Shown: positions 15,224-24,061 of the stretch, piece after piece
How the letters are laid out: every line of letters starts with the position of its first letter
Position numbering within the stretch: the stretch's first letter is position 1
Assembly: GCA_963843975.1 (NCBI GenBank)
Contig: CAWJMG010000003.1
Location: forward strand, 2,460,001 to 2,492,000
DNA length: 32,000 bases
Origin: an uncultured Actinomycetes bacterium
GTDB lineage: Bacteria > Actinomycetota > Actinomycetes > S36-B12 > CAIYMF01
Direction: 5' to 3'
Position numbers and translations under genes: made by a program
Notes under the pieces: generated by a model
The model's input: only the letters and a program-made list of their open reading frames with translations
Told to the model about the DNA's origin: nothing
Database searches by the model: none

Positions 15224-16329
15224 GTTGCACGTGGTCTTGTGCAGCTTGGAGGTTGGGATGCCTGGAGCGAGGTTGACCGAGCACGACCGTGGGGTGATCG
15301 AGCGGGCCATGCGGCAGGGGTTGTCTGTGCCGCAGATCGCCGAACTGGTGGGCAAGCACCGCACCACCGTGGCGCGTGAGTTGTCGCAAGGCTCTGGGTC
15401 GCGCCCCAATCGCAGGCCCAAGCATCCGGCGGGGTCGGCGCGCCGCGGGACCCGAGGACGCTCTGCGGTCTATCACGCCTGGGTCGCTCAGGCCCGGGCC
15501 ACGGAGTCGGCTCGGCGGCCGAAGGGTTTCAAGCTCGCCGGGGACCTGGGGCTGGTGGTGTCGGGGCTGCTTCAGGCGAACTGGTCCCCGCAGCAGATTG
15601 CCCAGCGGTTGCCCGAGCTCTATCCCGACCAGGACGGTATGAGGGTGAGCCACGAGACGATCTATCGGTCACTGTTCGTGCAGGCTCGCGGCGAGCTTCG
15701 CCGCGAGCTGGCCAAGCATCTGCGCACCGGGCGGACCAGCCGCAAGCCGCAGGGACGTAAGGAGACCCGCGGCAAGCTGGTCGGCACCATCCCGATCAGC
15801 GCTCGGCCGGCTGAGGCCGCTGACCGTGCCGTTCCGGGCCATTGGGAGGGCGACCTGCTGATGGGCGGGATCGGCAAGGGCGCTGTGATCACTCTGGTCG
15901 AGCGGTCGACCAGGTTCGTGCTGCTCGCTCCGCTGCCCGACACCCACAAGGCGATCGACCTCCAAGAGGTCCTCACCCCGTTGATCGCCTCACTGCCCGA
16001 CCAGATCCGCAAGACCCTGACCTGGGACCGGGGCAAGGAGATGGCCCAGCACGCGGCGATCGCCATCGAAGCGGACATCGACATCTACTTCGCCGACCCG
16101 CACTCACCCTGGCAACGAGGCAGCAACGAGAACACCAACGGGCTGCTGCGTCAGTACTGGCCCAAGGGCGCCGACATGCGCGGACTGACCCAGGCCGACT
16201 GCGACGCCGTCGCCCTCAGCCTCAACACCCGACCGCGCATGACCCTGGACTGGAAGACTCCCCGCGAGGCCCTCACCGAGGTCCTCGGTGCAACAGCCGC
16301 TTGAGACCGCCATCCCATACCCGTGCAGC
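15224..16329 (+). mobile_element. IS30-family insertion sequence (about 1.1 kb)
   Basis: A single transposase ORF is flanked by imperfect terminal inverted repeats, GTTGCACGTGGTCTTG (15224-15239) and the reverse complement of 16314-16329 (GCTGCACGGGTATGGG), matching at 12 of 16 positions. No matching target-site duplication was seen, so the exact ends are tentative. Confidence 0.6.
15258..16304 (+). CDS. IS30-family transposase, 348 aa
   Basis: ATG 15258 has GGAGG 6-10 nt upstream. N-terminal HTH region LTEHDRGVIERAMRQGLSVPQIAELVGKHRTTVAREL. IS30 hallmark PGHWEGDLL. DDE core TLTWDRGKEM...DIYFADPHSPWQRGSNENTNGLLRQY. Confidence 0.92.
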   Translation: MPGARLTEHDRGVIERAMRQGLSVPQIAELVGKHRTTVARELSQGSGSRPNRRPKHPAGSARRGTRGRSAVYHAWVAQARATESARRPKGFKLAGDLGLVVSGLLQANWSPQQIAQRLPELYPDQDGMRVSHETIYRSLFVQARGELRRELAKHLRTGRTSRKPQGRKETRGKLVGTIPISARPAEAADRAVPGHWEGDLLMGGIGKGAVITLVERSTRFVLLAPLPDTHKAIDLQEVLTPLIASLPDQIRKTLTWDRGKEMAQHAAIAIEADIDIYFADPHSPWQRGSNENTNGLLRQYWPKGADMRGLTQADCDAVALSLNTRPRMTLDWKTPREALTEVLGATAA

Positions 16330-16341
16330 GGGAGGCCGTGC

Positions 16342-16998
16342 TCAGCCGTCGAGACGTCCCGTCTCGTACGCCCACAGGGCGATCTCGACCCGGTTGCGGA
16401 CACCGAGCTTGGCCATCAGCGCGGCGAGGTGCGACTTCACGGTCGAGAGGCTGATGTGCAGCGCGTCGCCGATCTCGGCGTTCGTCAGCCCACGTGCGAC
16501 GGCGAGGAGCACCTCCTCCTCGCGCGGCGTCAGCGCCTCCACGGGCTGCGCCGGTCGCGCGTCCTTGCCGGCCCGGGCGAACGCCGCGAGCAGGCGCACG
16601 GTGACGCTGGGCGCGATGAGCGCCTCGCCGTCGGCAGCCGCACGGATCGCCTGCACGAGCAGGTCAGGCCCGGCGTCCTTGAGCAGGAAGCCGCGTGCGC
16701 CGGCCTTGAGCGCACCGTGCACGTACTCGTCCAGGTCGAAGGTCGTGATCACGACGACGGCGAGCGGGTCGACGACGTCCGGCCCGGCCAGCGCGCGCGT
16801 GGCCTCGAGCCCGCTGACCTCGGGCATGCGGATGTCGAACAGGCAGACGTCGGGCCGCAGCTCGCGCGCGAGCCGCACAGCCTCGCGGCCGTCCCCCGCC
16901 TCGCCCACGACCTCGATGTCGGGCTGGGCGTCGAGGATCATCCGCAGGCCGGTGCGCACGATCTCCTGGTCGTCGGCCAGCACCACGCGGATCGTCAT
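16342..16998 (-). CDS. NarL/FixJ (LuxR)-family response regulator
   Basis: Receiver motifs VLADDQ and DVCLFDIRMPEVSG. C-terminal LuxR HTH LTPREEEVLLAVARGLTNAEIGDALHISLSTVKSHL. Confidence 0.92.
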   Translation of the reverse strand: MTIRVVLADDQEIVRTGLRMILDAQPDIEVVGEAGDGREAVRLARELRPDVCLFDIRMPEVSGLEATRALAGPDVVDPLAVVVITTFDLDEYVHGALKAGARGFLLKDAGPDLLVQAIRAAADGEALIAPSVTVRLLAAFARAGKDARPAQPVEALTPREEEVLLAVARGLTNAEIGDALHISLSTVKSHLAALMAKLGVRNRVEIALWAYETGRLDG

Positions 16999-18143
16999 CG
17001 CCTCACCCCCGTCCTCGGCACGCGTGCCTCCACGACCCAGCCCCGGTCGGGGCCCGGCCCTGCCGTGAGCGTCCCGCCCAGCAGAGAGACACGCTCGGTC
17101 ATGCCCACGATGCCGTACCCCGATCGCCCGTGCTCCGCCGGCACAGAGTCCCCGTCGTCGACGACGGTGAGGCGTACGCCGTCGGCATCGGCGACGACGT
17201 CGACGTCGACTCGGGTGGCACGGGTCGCGTGCCGGGTCGCGTTCGTGACCGACTCCTGGGCGATGCGGTAGAGGGCCGCGCCGACCGACGGGTGCACGTC
17301 GTCGACGTCGCCCGACAGCAATGCCACGACGGCAGGGCCGTCGCCGGAGGGCCGTGCGAGCGAGGCGATGTCGGCCACGGATCTCGGCGCCAGGAGCGCC
17401 GGGTCGTCGCCCTCGCGCAGCGCGCCCACGAGCACCCGCATCTCGGCGAGCGTGCGCGCCCCCTCGGTCTCGATCACGGTGAGCGCGTCGAGGGCCGCTG
17501 CCGGGTCGGAGACGCCGACCACGCGGCCGGCCTGCGCGCGGACGACCATCGCGGAGACGTGGTGGGCCACCGTGTCGTGCAGCTCGCGCGCGAGCTGCTC
17601 ACGCTCGGCGAGACGCACCCGCTCGAGGTCGCGCGTCCGCGACGTCGACATCACGCGCACCGTCACGCCGACGAGCGCCGGGACCGACAGCACCGCCAGC
17701 TCGGGCAGCAGCTCGGCGACGGAGTGGTAGTCGCGCCCGAACCCGAGGGCGACGACGAGCGCCAGGACTCCGATCCCGCCGATCGCCTCGCGCCCCGACC
17801 CCCAGCGGAAGACGGCGTACACCAGCAGGAGGACGAAGATGCCCGCCGTGAGCCCGACGACGGTGCCGCCCGACGCCACGATCCCCGCGACGACAACCGA
17901 CTTCACGCCCATCGCGATCGCGATCATCGCGAGGGGATGCACGCGGCGCCACGGCAGCGTGAACGCGATGCCGACCACGAGCACTATCTCCAGGGCGCGT
18001 GCCTCGATGCCGGCGCGCAGCAGCCCCTCGAGCAGCGCGACGACGATGACGGCACCGACGAGCACCCAGTCTCGCGGCAACGGGCCAGGCGCGTTCGCGG
18101 CCCGGGGCGCTGCCCAGACCGACCGCAGGGCGCGTCGGATCAC
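16995..18143 (-). CDS. sensor histidine kinase (HisKA_3 / NarL-partner type), 382 aa
   Basis: The track ORF is trimmed to GTG 18143. N-terminal TM segments are present. H-box EREQLARELHDTVAHHVSAM. ATPase region GYGIVGMTERVSLLGGTL. ATGA overlap with the response regulator at 16995-16998. Confidence 0.88.
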   Translation of the reverse strand: MIRRALRSVWAAPRAANAPGPLPRDWVLVGAVIVVALLEGLLRAGIEARALEIVLVVGIAFTLPWRRVHPLAMIAIAMGVKSVVVAGIVASGGTVVGLTAGIFVLLLVYAVFRWGSGREAIGGIGVLALVVALGFGRDYHSVAELLPELAVLSVPALVGVTVRVMSTSRTRDLERVRLAEREQLARELHDTVAHHVSAMVVRAQAGRVVGVSDPAAALDALTVIETEGARTLAEMRVLVGALREGDDPALLAPRSVADIASLARPSGDGPAVVALLSGDVDDVHPSVGAALYRIAQESVTNATRHATRATRVDVDVVADADGVRLTVVDDGDSVPAEHGRSGYGIVGMTERVSLLGGTLTAGPGPDRGWVVEARVPRTGVRR

Positions 18144-18186
18144 GGCGTCAGCGTAGGGAACGCAGGGCGACGCGGGCCGGGAAGGC

Positions 18187-18864
18187 TCATGCCGGCTGCT
18201 CGACGCGCGGTGCAGCGTCGACACGGCGGGGCATCGGCGCGCCCATCGGACGGCGACGGATCGCCCACTCGGCCACGGCGAGGTTGATGCCCCAGCCGAG
18301 CGCCATGGCCACCGTGCGCGGCCATCCGAGCGGCGCGTGCCCGGTGACGGCGATGAACGGCAGATGCGTGAGCACCTGGGTGCCGGCCCCGAGGCCAAGC
18401 GCGTAGCCGCGCGTGGCCCAGGCCCGGTGGGCCCCGAAGTCGCGACGTCGGACGGACGTGAACGCGAGCACCAGCGCCCCGGTCATGCCCACCCCGACCA
18501 CCACGCGGACGACCGCGAGCGAGAGCTCGTCGCCTGCGGGCCACTCGTAGAAGAAGGTCATCCAGAGTCCCGACAGCGATGCGACGAGACCAAGCGGCAG
18601 CGCGATGCGGCCGGACACGCGGTGCCAGCGACGGCGGCGCAGGCTCGGCACGAACTGGATCGCCCCGAGGACGCAAAAGACGCTGGCGCCGACGATGTGC
18701 AGCACCACGGGCACGGGCTGGTCGAAGAACCGGTGGTTCGCGGCGGTCGCGGTGGCACCGCTCGCGAGCTGGTTGAGCCGCGCCGCCCCGGCGACCATCG
18801 GCACCACCGACAGCGCCAGGAGACCGGCCGGCACGCGCCACTGCTTCCAGGATCCGTTCGACAT
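18187..18864 (-). CDS. DUF2306-like polytopic membrane protein
   Basis: Several TM helices. The motif RRRRWHRVSGRI resembles the H-R-x-x-G-R signature I associate with DUF2306. ATG 18864 is preferred, with GAAGGGG 8-14 nt upstream. The track start GTG 18885 is also possible. Confidence 0.5.
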   Translation of the reverse strand: MSNGSWKQWRVPAGLLALSVVPMVAGAARLNQLASGATATAANHRFFDQPVPVVLHIVGASVFCVLGAIQFVPSLRRRRWHRVSGRIALPLGLVASLSGLWMTFFYEWPAGDELSLAVVRVVVGVGMTGALVLAFTSVRRRDFGAHRAWATRGYALGLGAGTQVLTHLPFIAVTGHAPLGWPRTVAMALGWGINLAVAEWAIRRRPMGAPMPRRVDAAPRVEQPA

Positions 18865-18996
18865 CGCGGGGCCCCTTCTCGTCACGACTTCCTCGTGACG
18901 AGCGTGGCCCGTGCCGGCTGCGGATCCATCGGCCCGCGAGCCCGACCTCTGCCGTCCCTCAGACGGGTGGCGGCGTCGTACTTCCGGCCAGCTCGC

Positions 18997-19350
18997 TCAG
19001 CCGTCGGCGCAGGCGACGCAGCGCACCGCCCAGGGGTGGATCTCGAGCCGGCCCTCGGGGATCACGGCGCCGCAGACGTCGCAGACGCCGTACGTGCCCT
19101 CATCGAGCTTCTCGAGCGCCCGGGCGACGTCCTCGGACTGCACCAGCAGCTGCTCGTGCGCGGCCACCTGGGTGAGCCGCTCGACCGCGAGGCTCGTGCC
19201 GTCGCCGACGCGCTTGCCGAACGAGATGTTGCCCGTCGCATCGGGGGCCGCAGTCAGGCCGGCCGCACGCTCGGCGATGTCGCGCTGCTTGACCAGCAGC
19301 AGACGGCGTACGGCGTCGAGATCGGTCACGTGGCCAGTGTGCGCCCTCAC
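18997..19350 (-). CDS. DksA/TraR-family C4 zinc-finger protein
   Basis: C-terminal CDVCGAVIPEGRLEIHPWAVRCVAC, a CxxC-x17-CxxC zinc finger in the family-typical context. The start is uncertain (GTG 19350 or GTG 19329). Confidence 0.8.
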   Translation of the reverse strand: MRAHTGHVTDLDAVRRLLLVKQRDIAERAAGLTAAPDATGNISFGKRVGDGTSLAVERLTQVAAHEQLLVQSEDVARALEKLDEGTYGVCDVCGAVIPEGRLEIHPWAVRCVACADG

Positions 19351-19397
19351 CGCAGCGGCGGGACGCCCTGGACCGGCGCGGACTTGCGTGCGCCCTG

Positions 19398-19445
19398 GTA
19401 CCTAGTGTTACTTTGTACCGGTAGTCACTGTCACTGAGTAGTAGG
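19398..19445. promoter_or_regulatory. AT-rich repeat patch between divergent DksA/TraR and PadR genes (likely promoter and PadR operator)
   Basis: This is the only AT-rich stretch in the 108-bp gap. It contains GTACC..TAGT twice (19398-19407 and 19415-19426), the palindrome TACCGGTA (19416-19423) and tandem TCACTG TCACTG (19425-19436). Confidence 0.35.
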
Positions 19446-19458
19446 GACGGCGAGCCGC

Positions 19459-19788
19459 ATGGGCAAGCAGGAGACGGAGATGCTCAAGGGCATCCTCGAG
19501 GGGATCGTCCTCGCGCTGCTGGCCGGCAGGTCCGCCTACGGCTACGAGATCACCACATGGCTGCGGGACAAGGGCTTCTCCGACATCGCCGAGGGCACGA
19601 TCTACGCCCTCCTCATCCGCATCGAGCAGCGCGGGCTGGTCGACGTCGCGAAGGAGCCGTCCGAGAAGGGGCCGCCGCGGAAGGTCTACTCCCTCAACGC
19701 CGCGGGTCGAGCCCACCTCGACGAGTTCTGGAGGACCTGGAGCTTCCTCTCGGACCAGCTGGCCCAGCTCCGCGAAGGAGGCAGATAG
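19459..19788 (+). CDS. PadR-family transcriptional regulator
   Basis: LKGILEGIVLALLAGRSAYGYEITTWL...EGTIYALLIRIEQRGLV...KVYSLNAAGRAHL is the classic PadR wHTH pattern. Confidence 0.92.
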   Translation: MGKQETEMLKGILEGIVLALLAGRSAYGYEITTWLRDKGFSDIAEGTIYALLIRIEQRGLVDVAKEPSEKGPPRKVYSLNAAGRAHLDEFWRTWSFLSDQLAQLREGGR

Positions 19789-19790
19789 TC

Positions 19791-20153
19791 ATGGCGCTCA
19801 CGTGGATCGAGCAGAAGCGCCAGTACCGGCGCTACAAGGCACGCATCGCGGCCCTCCCGGCGCCGTACCGCACGGCGGTGGCCGGCCTGGAGCGCTACAT
19901 CAACCATCTCGGCGGGATCGGCGACGCCGAGAGCATCCTGACGATGCTCGACGACCTCGCCGCGCTCTTCGAGCAAGCCGCCGTCGACAGCACCCCCGTG
20001 CGCGGAGTGGTCGGTGACGATCCGGTCGAGTTCATCGTGACCTTCCTCGGCAACTACCCGGCGGGCCAGTGGATCGTCCGTGAGCAGGAAAGGCTGCGCC
20101 GGGCCATCGACGAGGCAGAGGGCCAGGCCGGCGGCGCGGACGTGCTGACATGA
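19791..20153 (+). CDS. DUF1048 domain protein (PadR-associated)
   Basis: The track ORF 19557-20153 is trimmed to ATG 19791, 2 nt after the PadR stop. IEQKRQYRRYKARIAALPAPYRTAVAGLERYI matches the K-x-EY...ALP-x-Y pattern of DUF1048. The context PadR-DUF1048-ABC is typical. Confidence 0.75.
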   Translation: MALTWIEQKRQYRRYKARIAALPAPYRTAVAGLERYINHLGGIGDAESILTMLDDLAALFEQAAVDSTPVRGVVGDDPVEFIVTFLGNYPAGQWIVREQERLRRAIDEAEGQAGGADVLT

Positions 20154-20938
20154 CCACCGCGACAGCGCCGGCCCTGCTCGTGAGCGGGCTCGAGAAGTCG
20201 TACGACGACGTCCACGTGCTGCGCGGCGTCGACTTCGAGGTACAGCCGGGCACGGTCTTCGCGCTGCTCGGGTCCAACGGCGCCGGCAAGACCACGGTGG
20301 TACGGATCCTGTCGACGCTGCTGCACCCCGACGCGGGGACTGCCACCGTCGCAGGGTTCGACGTGGGGAGGCAGGCGGCCGAGGTCCGCAGGTCGATCAG
20401 CCTGACGGGGCAGTTCGCCGCGGTCGACGAGATACTCACGGGGCGCGAGAACCTTGTGCTGATCGCGAGGCTTCGACGGGTGGAGCAGCCGCGCTCGGTG
20501 GCCGAGGGGCTGCTCGAACGGTTCCAGCTCACCGATGCCGCCGACCGTCGGGTGGCGACCTACTCCGGCGGCATGCGTCGCCGGCTCGACATAGCCATGA
20601 GCCTGATCGGCGACCCGCCCGTGATCTTCCTCGACGAGCCGACCACGGGCCTCGACCCGCAGTCTCGCCTCGAGGTCTGGCGCAGCATCACCGAGCTCGC
20701 CGCCGGGGGCACGACCGTGCTGCTCACCACGCAGTACCTCGACGAGGCGGAGCAGCTCGCAGACCGGATCGCGATCCTGCACGAGGGGCGCATCATCGCC
20801 GAGGGCACGCTCGCCGAGCTCAAGCAGCTCTTCCCGCCCACGACGATCGAGTACGTCGAGAAGCAGCCGAGCCTCGAGGACGTGTTCCTGGCCATCGTCG
20901 GCGCCACCCCCATCCACGCCGGACCGGAGCAGCCATGA
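20150..20938 (+). CDS. ABC transporter ATP-binding protein (DrrA-like, ABC-2 subfamily)
   Basis: Walker A GSNGAGKTT, signature YSGGMRRRL, Walker B VIFLDEPTTGLD. ATGA overlaps at both ends. Confidence 0.93.
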   Translation: MTTATAPALLVSGLEKSYDDVHVLRGVDFEVQPGTVFALLGSNGAGKTTVVRILSTLLHPDAGTATVAGFDVGRQAAEVRRSISLTGQFAAVDEILTGRENLVLIARLRRVEQPRSVAEGLLERFQLTDAADRRVATYSGGMRRRLDIAMSLIGDPPVIFLDEPTTGLDPQSRLEVWRSITELAAGGTTVLLTTQYLDEAEQLADRIAILHEGRIIAEGTLAELKQLFPPTTIEYVEKQPSLEDVFLAIVGATPIHAGPEQP

Positions 20939-21697
20939 CAACGGGATTCGTGAGAGACACGTCCCTGCTGACAGGACGGTCTCTGCGCCACATCACGCGC
21001 AGCCCCGACACGATCATCACCACGACGATCATGCCGATCGCCTTCCTGCTGATGTTCGTCTACGTCTTCGGCGGTGCCATCAGCTCAGGGTCCGGGTCGT
21101 ACGTCAACTATCTGCTCCCCGGCATCCTGCTCATCACCATCGCCTCGAGCATCGCCTACACGGCGTTCCGCCTCTTCATGGACCTCAAGGGCGGGATCTT
21201 CGAGCGCTTCCAGTCGATGCCCGTGTCCCGCTCGTCGATCCTGTGGGCGCACGTGCTGACCTCGCTGGTGGCCAGCCTGATCTCCGTCGTCGCTGTCGTC
21301 CTCGTCGCCCTGCTCATGGGATTCCGTTCGGGGGCGGGCCCGCTCGCGTGGCTGGCGGTCGCCGGCATCCTGACGCTCTTCACCCTGGCGCTCACCTGGC
21401 TCGCGGTGATTGCGGGACTGTCCGCGAAGACGGTGGACGGCGCCAGCGCGTTCTCGTACCCGCTGATCTTCCTGCCGTTCGTGCAGCTCGGCGTTCGTGC
21501 TCACCGCCACGATGCCCGGCCCGGTGCGTGCCTTCGCCGAGAACCAGCCCGTCACGCCGATCGTCGACGCGATCCGCGCGCTCTACGAGCAGGAGACCGT
21601 CAGCACCGGCATCTGGGTGGCACTTGCCTGGTGCGCTGGCATCCTCGTGGTCGCCTACGTCGCCGCCATGGCCGTCTACCGCCGTCGGTTCAGCTGA
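20935..21697 (+). pseudogene. ABC-2 type transporter permease interrupted by a +1 frameshift near 21484
   Basis: The frame from 20935 encodes a normal multi-TM ABC-2 permease up to ...SYPLIFLPFV, then turns into Arg-rich nonsense. The family-typical C-terminus SSAFVLTATMPGPVRAFAENQPVTPIVDAIRALY...VAYVAAMAVYRRRFS continues in the +1 frame (track ORF 21497-21697). The total length of 763 nt equals 3n+1. Confidence 0.75.
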
Positions 21698-21715
21698 CCT
21701 AGGGGGCGGGAGGTC

Positions 21716-22255
21716 TCAGGCGACGGGGATGACGACCTCGTTACGGCGGGCGAACCACGGCTTCCACGGCGGGTCGAACCTCGCGAACCGCGGCGGCCCG
21801 CCGGGCTTCAGCCCGACGTCGGCCATCGCCGCGGTCAGCTCCTCGACGTGCTTGCGGTACGCGTGCTCGGTCCAGCGACCGGCGTACCGCGCGACGGCGG
21901 CCTGCTCCTCGGGCACGACGCGCACGTTCACGCGGGGGTCGGCCGGCGCCGGGGCGCCGGTCGCAGCGAGGGAGGACGGGAGGACGAAGGCGATCACATG
22001 CGCACCGTCCTCAGTCTCGGTCACCGTGGCAGCTCCGTCGGCCGGCGCACGCTGCACCACGGGCGCGGTCATCGCGATGCCGGCGTTCGACTCGTTGGCT
22101 CCGCCGATGTACGACGCGAGCGGCCGGAACGCCGCGTTGCCCGCGGCCTCGAAGCTGCCCGACACCTCGATCTCGGCGACGAGGTGCTCCGGGTAGCGAC
22201 GTACCTCGAACCCCGGATAGCGGATGACGACCTGGTAGTCCTGCTCTTCGGTCAT
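21716..22255 (-). CDS. SOUL heme-binding family protein
   Basis: YQVVIRYPGFEVRRYPEHLVAEIEVSGSFEAAGNAAFRPLASYIGGAN...IAMTAPVVQ is the characteristic SOUL/HEBP N-terminal pattern. Confidence 0.85.
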   Translation of the reverse strand: MTEEQDYQVVIRYPGFEVRRYPEHLVAEIEVSGSFEAAGNAAFRPLASYIGGANESNAGIAMTAPVVQRAPADGAATVTETEDGAHVIAFVLPSSLAATGAPAPADPRVNVRVVPEEQAAVARYAGRWTEHAYRKHVEELTAAMADVGLKPGGPPRFARFDPPWKPWFARRNEVVIPVA

Positions 22256-22302
22256 GACTCCACTGTCGTCCTCATCCGGCGCCGGCGCTCGGCGAGGAGC
22301 GC

Positions 22303-22935
22303 TCAGCGGGCGGAGGCGCGCTTGCGACCGCTGCCCCCACGCGCGGTCCGCGTGCTTGCGGCACGCGCGGCCGCGACCTCGGACCCCGCGCCCTGGGTGG
22401 CGAGGGTGCCCGCCGCGCTCTCAAGATGGGCGCGCACGAACCAGTGGTAGGTCTCGAGCTCGCTGAGCTGGCCGATGATCATGTCCTGCGTCACCGGGTC
22501 CAGGTCCTCGAGCTTGTCCATGACCTCTCGGTGGCTCGTGATGACGCCGACGTACACGAGGTCGAGGGCGCCGAGATGGCTCGACACGTCGGCCCGGCCC
22601 AGCGAGTAGTCGTCCCACGAGCGCTCGGCGACCAGCGCGCCGGCCAGCCCGTTCGGCGCCACGCCGAGCATGGCCATGCGCTCGGCGAGGGCGTCGACCA
22701 TCAGTCGAACGCCCTCGATCTGCGGGTCGAGCATCGTGTGCACGCCGATGAAGTGCGGGCCGACGACGTTCCAGTGCACGTGCTTCAGCGTGAGCGCGAG
22801 GTCGTTCAAGGCGTGCAGACGGTCCTGCAGCAGGTGCGCGACCTCATGGCCGTCGTCCTGCGAGAGCCCGGGCAGCGTGAAGGCGGCGGTCGTGGTGCCG
22901 CTGACAGCGGCACGCGATCGGGACTTGGCGGGCAT
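22303..22935 (-). CDS. dps: Dps (DNA starvation/stationary-phase protection, ferritin-like) with basic N- and C-terminal tails
   Basis: The 645-aa track ORF is trimmed to ATG 22935, which has GGAGGA 6-11 nt upstream. Ferroxidase-site region LKHVHWNVVGPHFIGVHTMLD. C-terminal tail TRTARGGSGRKRASAR. Confidence 0.9.
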   Translation of the reverse strand: MPAKSRSRAAVSGTTTAAFTLPGLSQDDGHEVAHLLQDRLHALNDLALTLKHVHWNVVGPHFIGVHTMLDPQIEGVRLMVDALAERMAMLGVAPNGLAGALVAERSWDDYSLGRADVSSHLGALDLVYVGVITSHREVMDKLEDLDPVTQDMIIGQLSELETYHWFVRAHLESAAGTLATQGAGSEVAAARAASTRTARGGSGRKRASAR

Positions 22936-23024
22936 AGGTTCCTCCACGTGCTCGGGTGATCTCTCGAGCATGTGTCTCCCGGATTCGCCGCCGCAAACAT
23001 CGGGCAGCGGCCCAGCTGCAGCCT

Positions 23025-24002
23025 TCAGCCGGCGCGCAGCATCGCGGCCTTGACCTGGCTGTAGACCGGCTTGTTCTGCCGCGCCTTGACCCAGGTCTGG
23101 GTCCAGTGGTTGTCGTCCTTGAACGCGAGGTACGGGCCGTCGATCGGGCCGCACCAGCCACCGCCGCAGTGCGGCGTGGAGAGGTCGACGGTGACGACGC
23201 GGCCGGGGTACGTGGCCGACGTCGCGGCGGCGGCCTTCCTCTCCGCCGCCCAGATGCCGGCCGACAGGGCCTTGGCGCTCGTAGTGCCGCACTTCGTCTG
23301 CGCCGCCTGACCCCAGCGGGCGTAGCAGGCCTGGGCCTGGACCATGTCGCCCGGCAGGTCCGGGGAGTCGCGCAGGATGACGACCTGCTTCACCTTGCCG
23401 CCCGACAGGATCTTCTTCAGCGTCGTGGTGAGCCCGGCCTGCCACTTCGCGAACTTCACCGAGCCCGTCACGTTCGAGCCGTACGTCGAGGTCAGCACCT
23501 GGTGGAACTGCCACGAGCTGATCACGAGCACGTCGATGCGGCCGTAGGTGCCCTTCTGCAGACCGGTGGTGGCGCGCGAGCGCCAGGTGTTGCACTCGGG
23601 GTAGTAGTTGGTCGACTTGTAGCGGCGGACGCTCACGGCGACGACGGGGCAGCCCGACTTCGTCAGGGTCTTGAACTTCCACTTCCCGACGTTCGCGGCG
23701 TTGAGCACGGCGCCGAACCAGTGGTTGGCGTGCGAGTCGCCGAACAGCATCACCGTGCGGGTGCCGCTCTTGTTGCCGAACGTGCACACGATCGGGGTGG
23801 TGACGACACCCTTGGCGTGGCAGCCGTTGGCGTACGTGATCGGCTCGTCGTGCTTGGCCGCGCTGTACGACGGGACAGGGGTCCACGTCGGCGCGATCAC
23901 GATGCCGGGCGTCGCGGCCGTGGCGGCGCCAGGGATCGCGGTGACAGCCACGGCAAGAGACGTGAGCGCTGCTGCTGCAAGGAGACGACCACGACGCACC
24001 AT
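23025..24002 (-). CDS. secreted SGNH/GDSL-type hydrolase (related to the C-terminal SGNH domain of OafA-type acyltransferases)
   Basis: The track ORF is trimmed to ATG 24002. Signal peptide MVRRGRLLAAAALTSLAVAVTAIPGAATA. Block I motif VMLFGDSHANHW. Several paired Cys residues. Confidence 0.7.
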   Translation of the reverse strand: MVRRGRLLAAAALTSLAVAVTAIPGAATAATPGIVIAPTWTPVPSYSAAKHDEPITYANGCHAKGVVTTPIVCTFGNKSGTRTVMLFGDSHANHWFGAVLNAANVGKWKFKTLTKSGCPVVAVSVRRYKSTNYYPECNTWRSRATTGLQKGTYGRIDVLVISSWQFHQVLTSTYGSNVTGSVKFAKWQAGLTTTLKKILSGGKVKQVVILRDSPDLPGDMVQAQACYARWGQAAQTKCGTTSAKALSAGIWAAERKAAAATSATYPGRVVTVDLSTPHCGGGWCGPIDGPYLAFKDDNHWTQTWVKARQNKPVYSQVKAAMLRAG

Positions 24003-24061
24003 GCAGTGCAGCGTAACCACGACGGGTCGCGGCGCAGAGGGTGCGACACCCGGGCGGCCGC

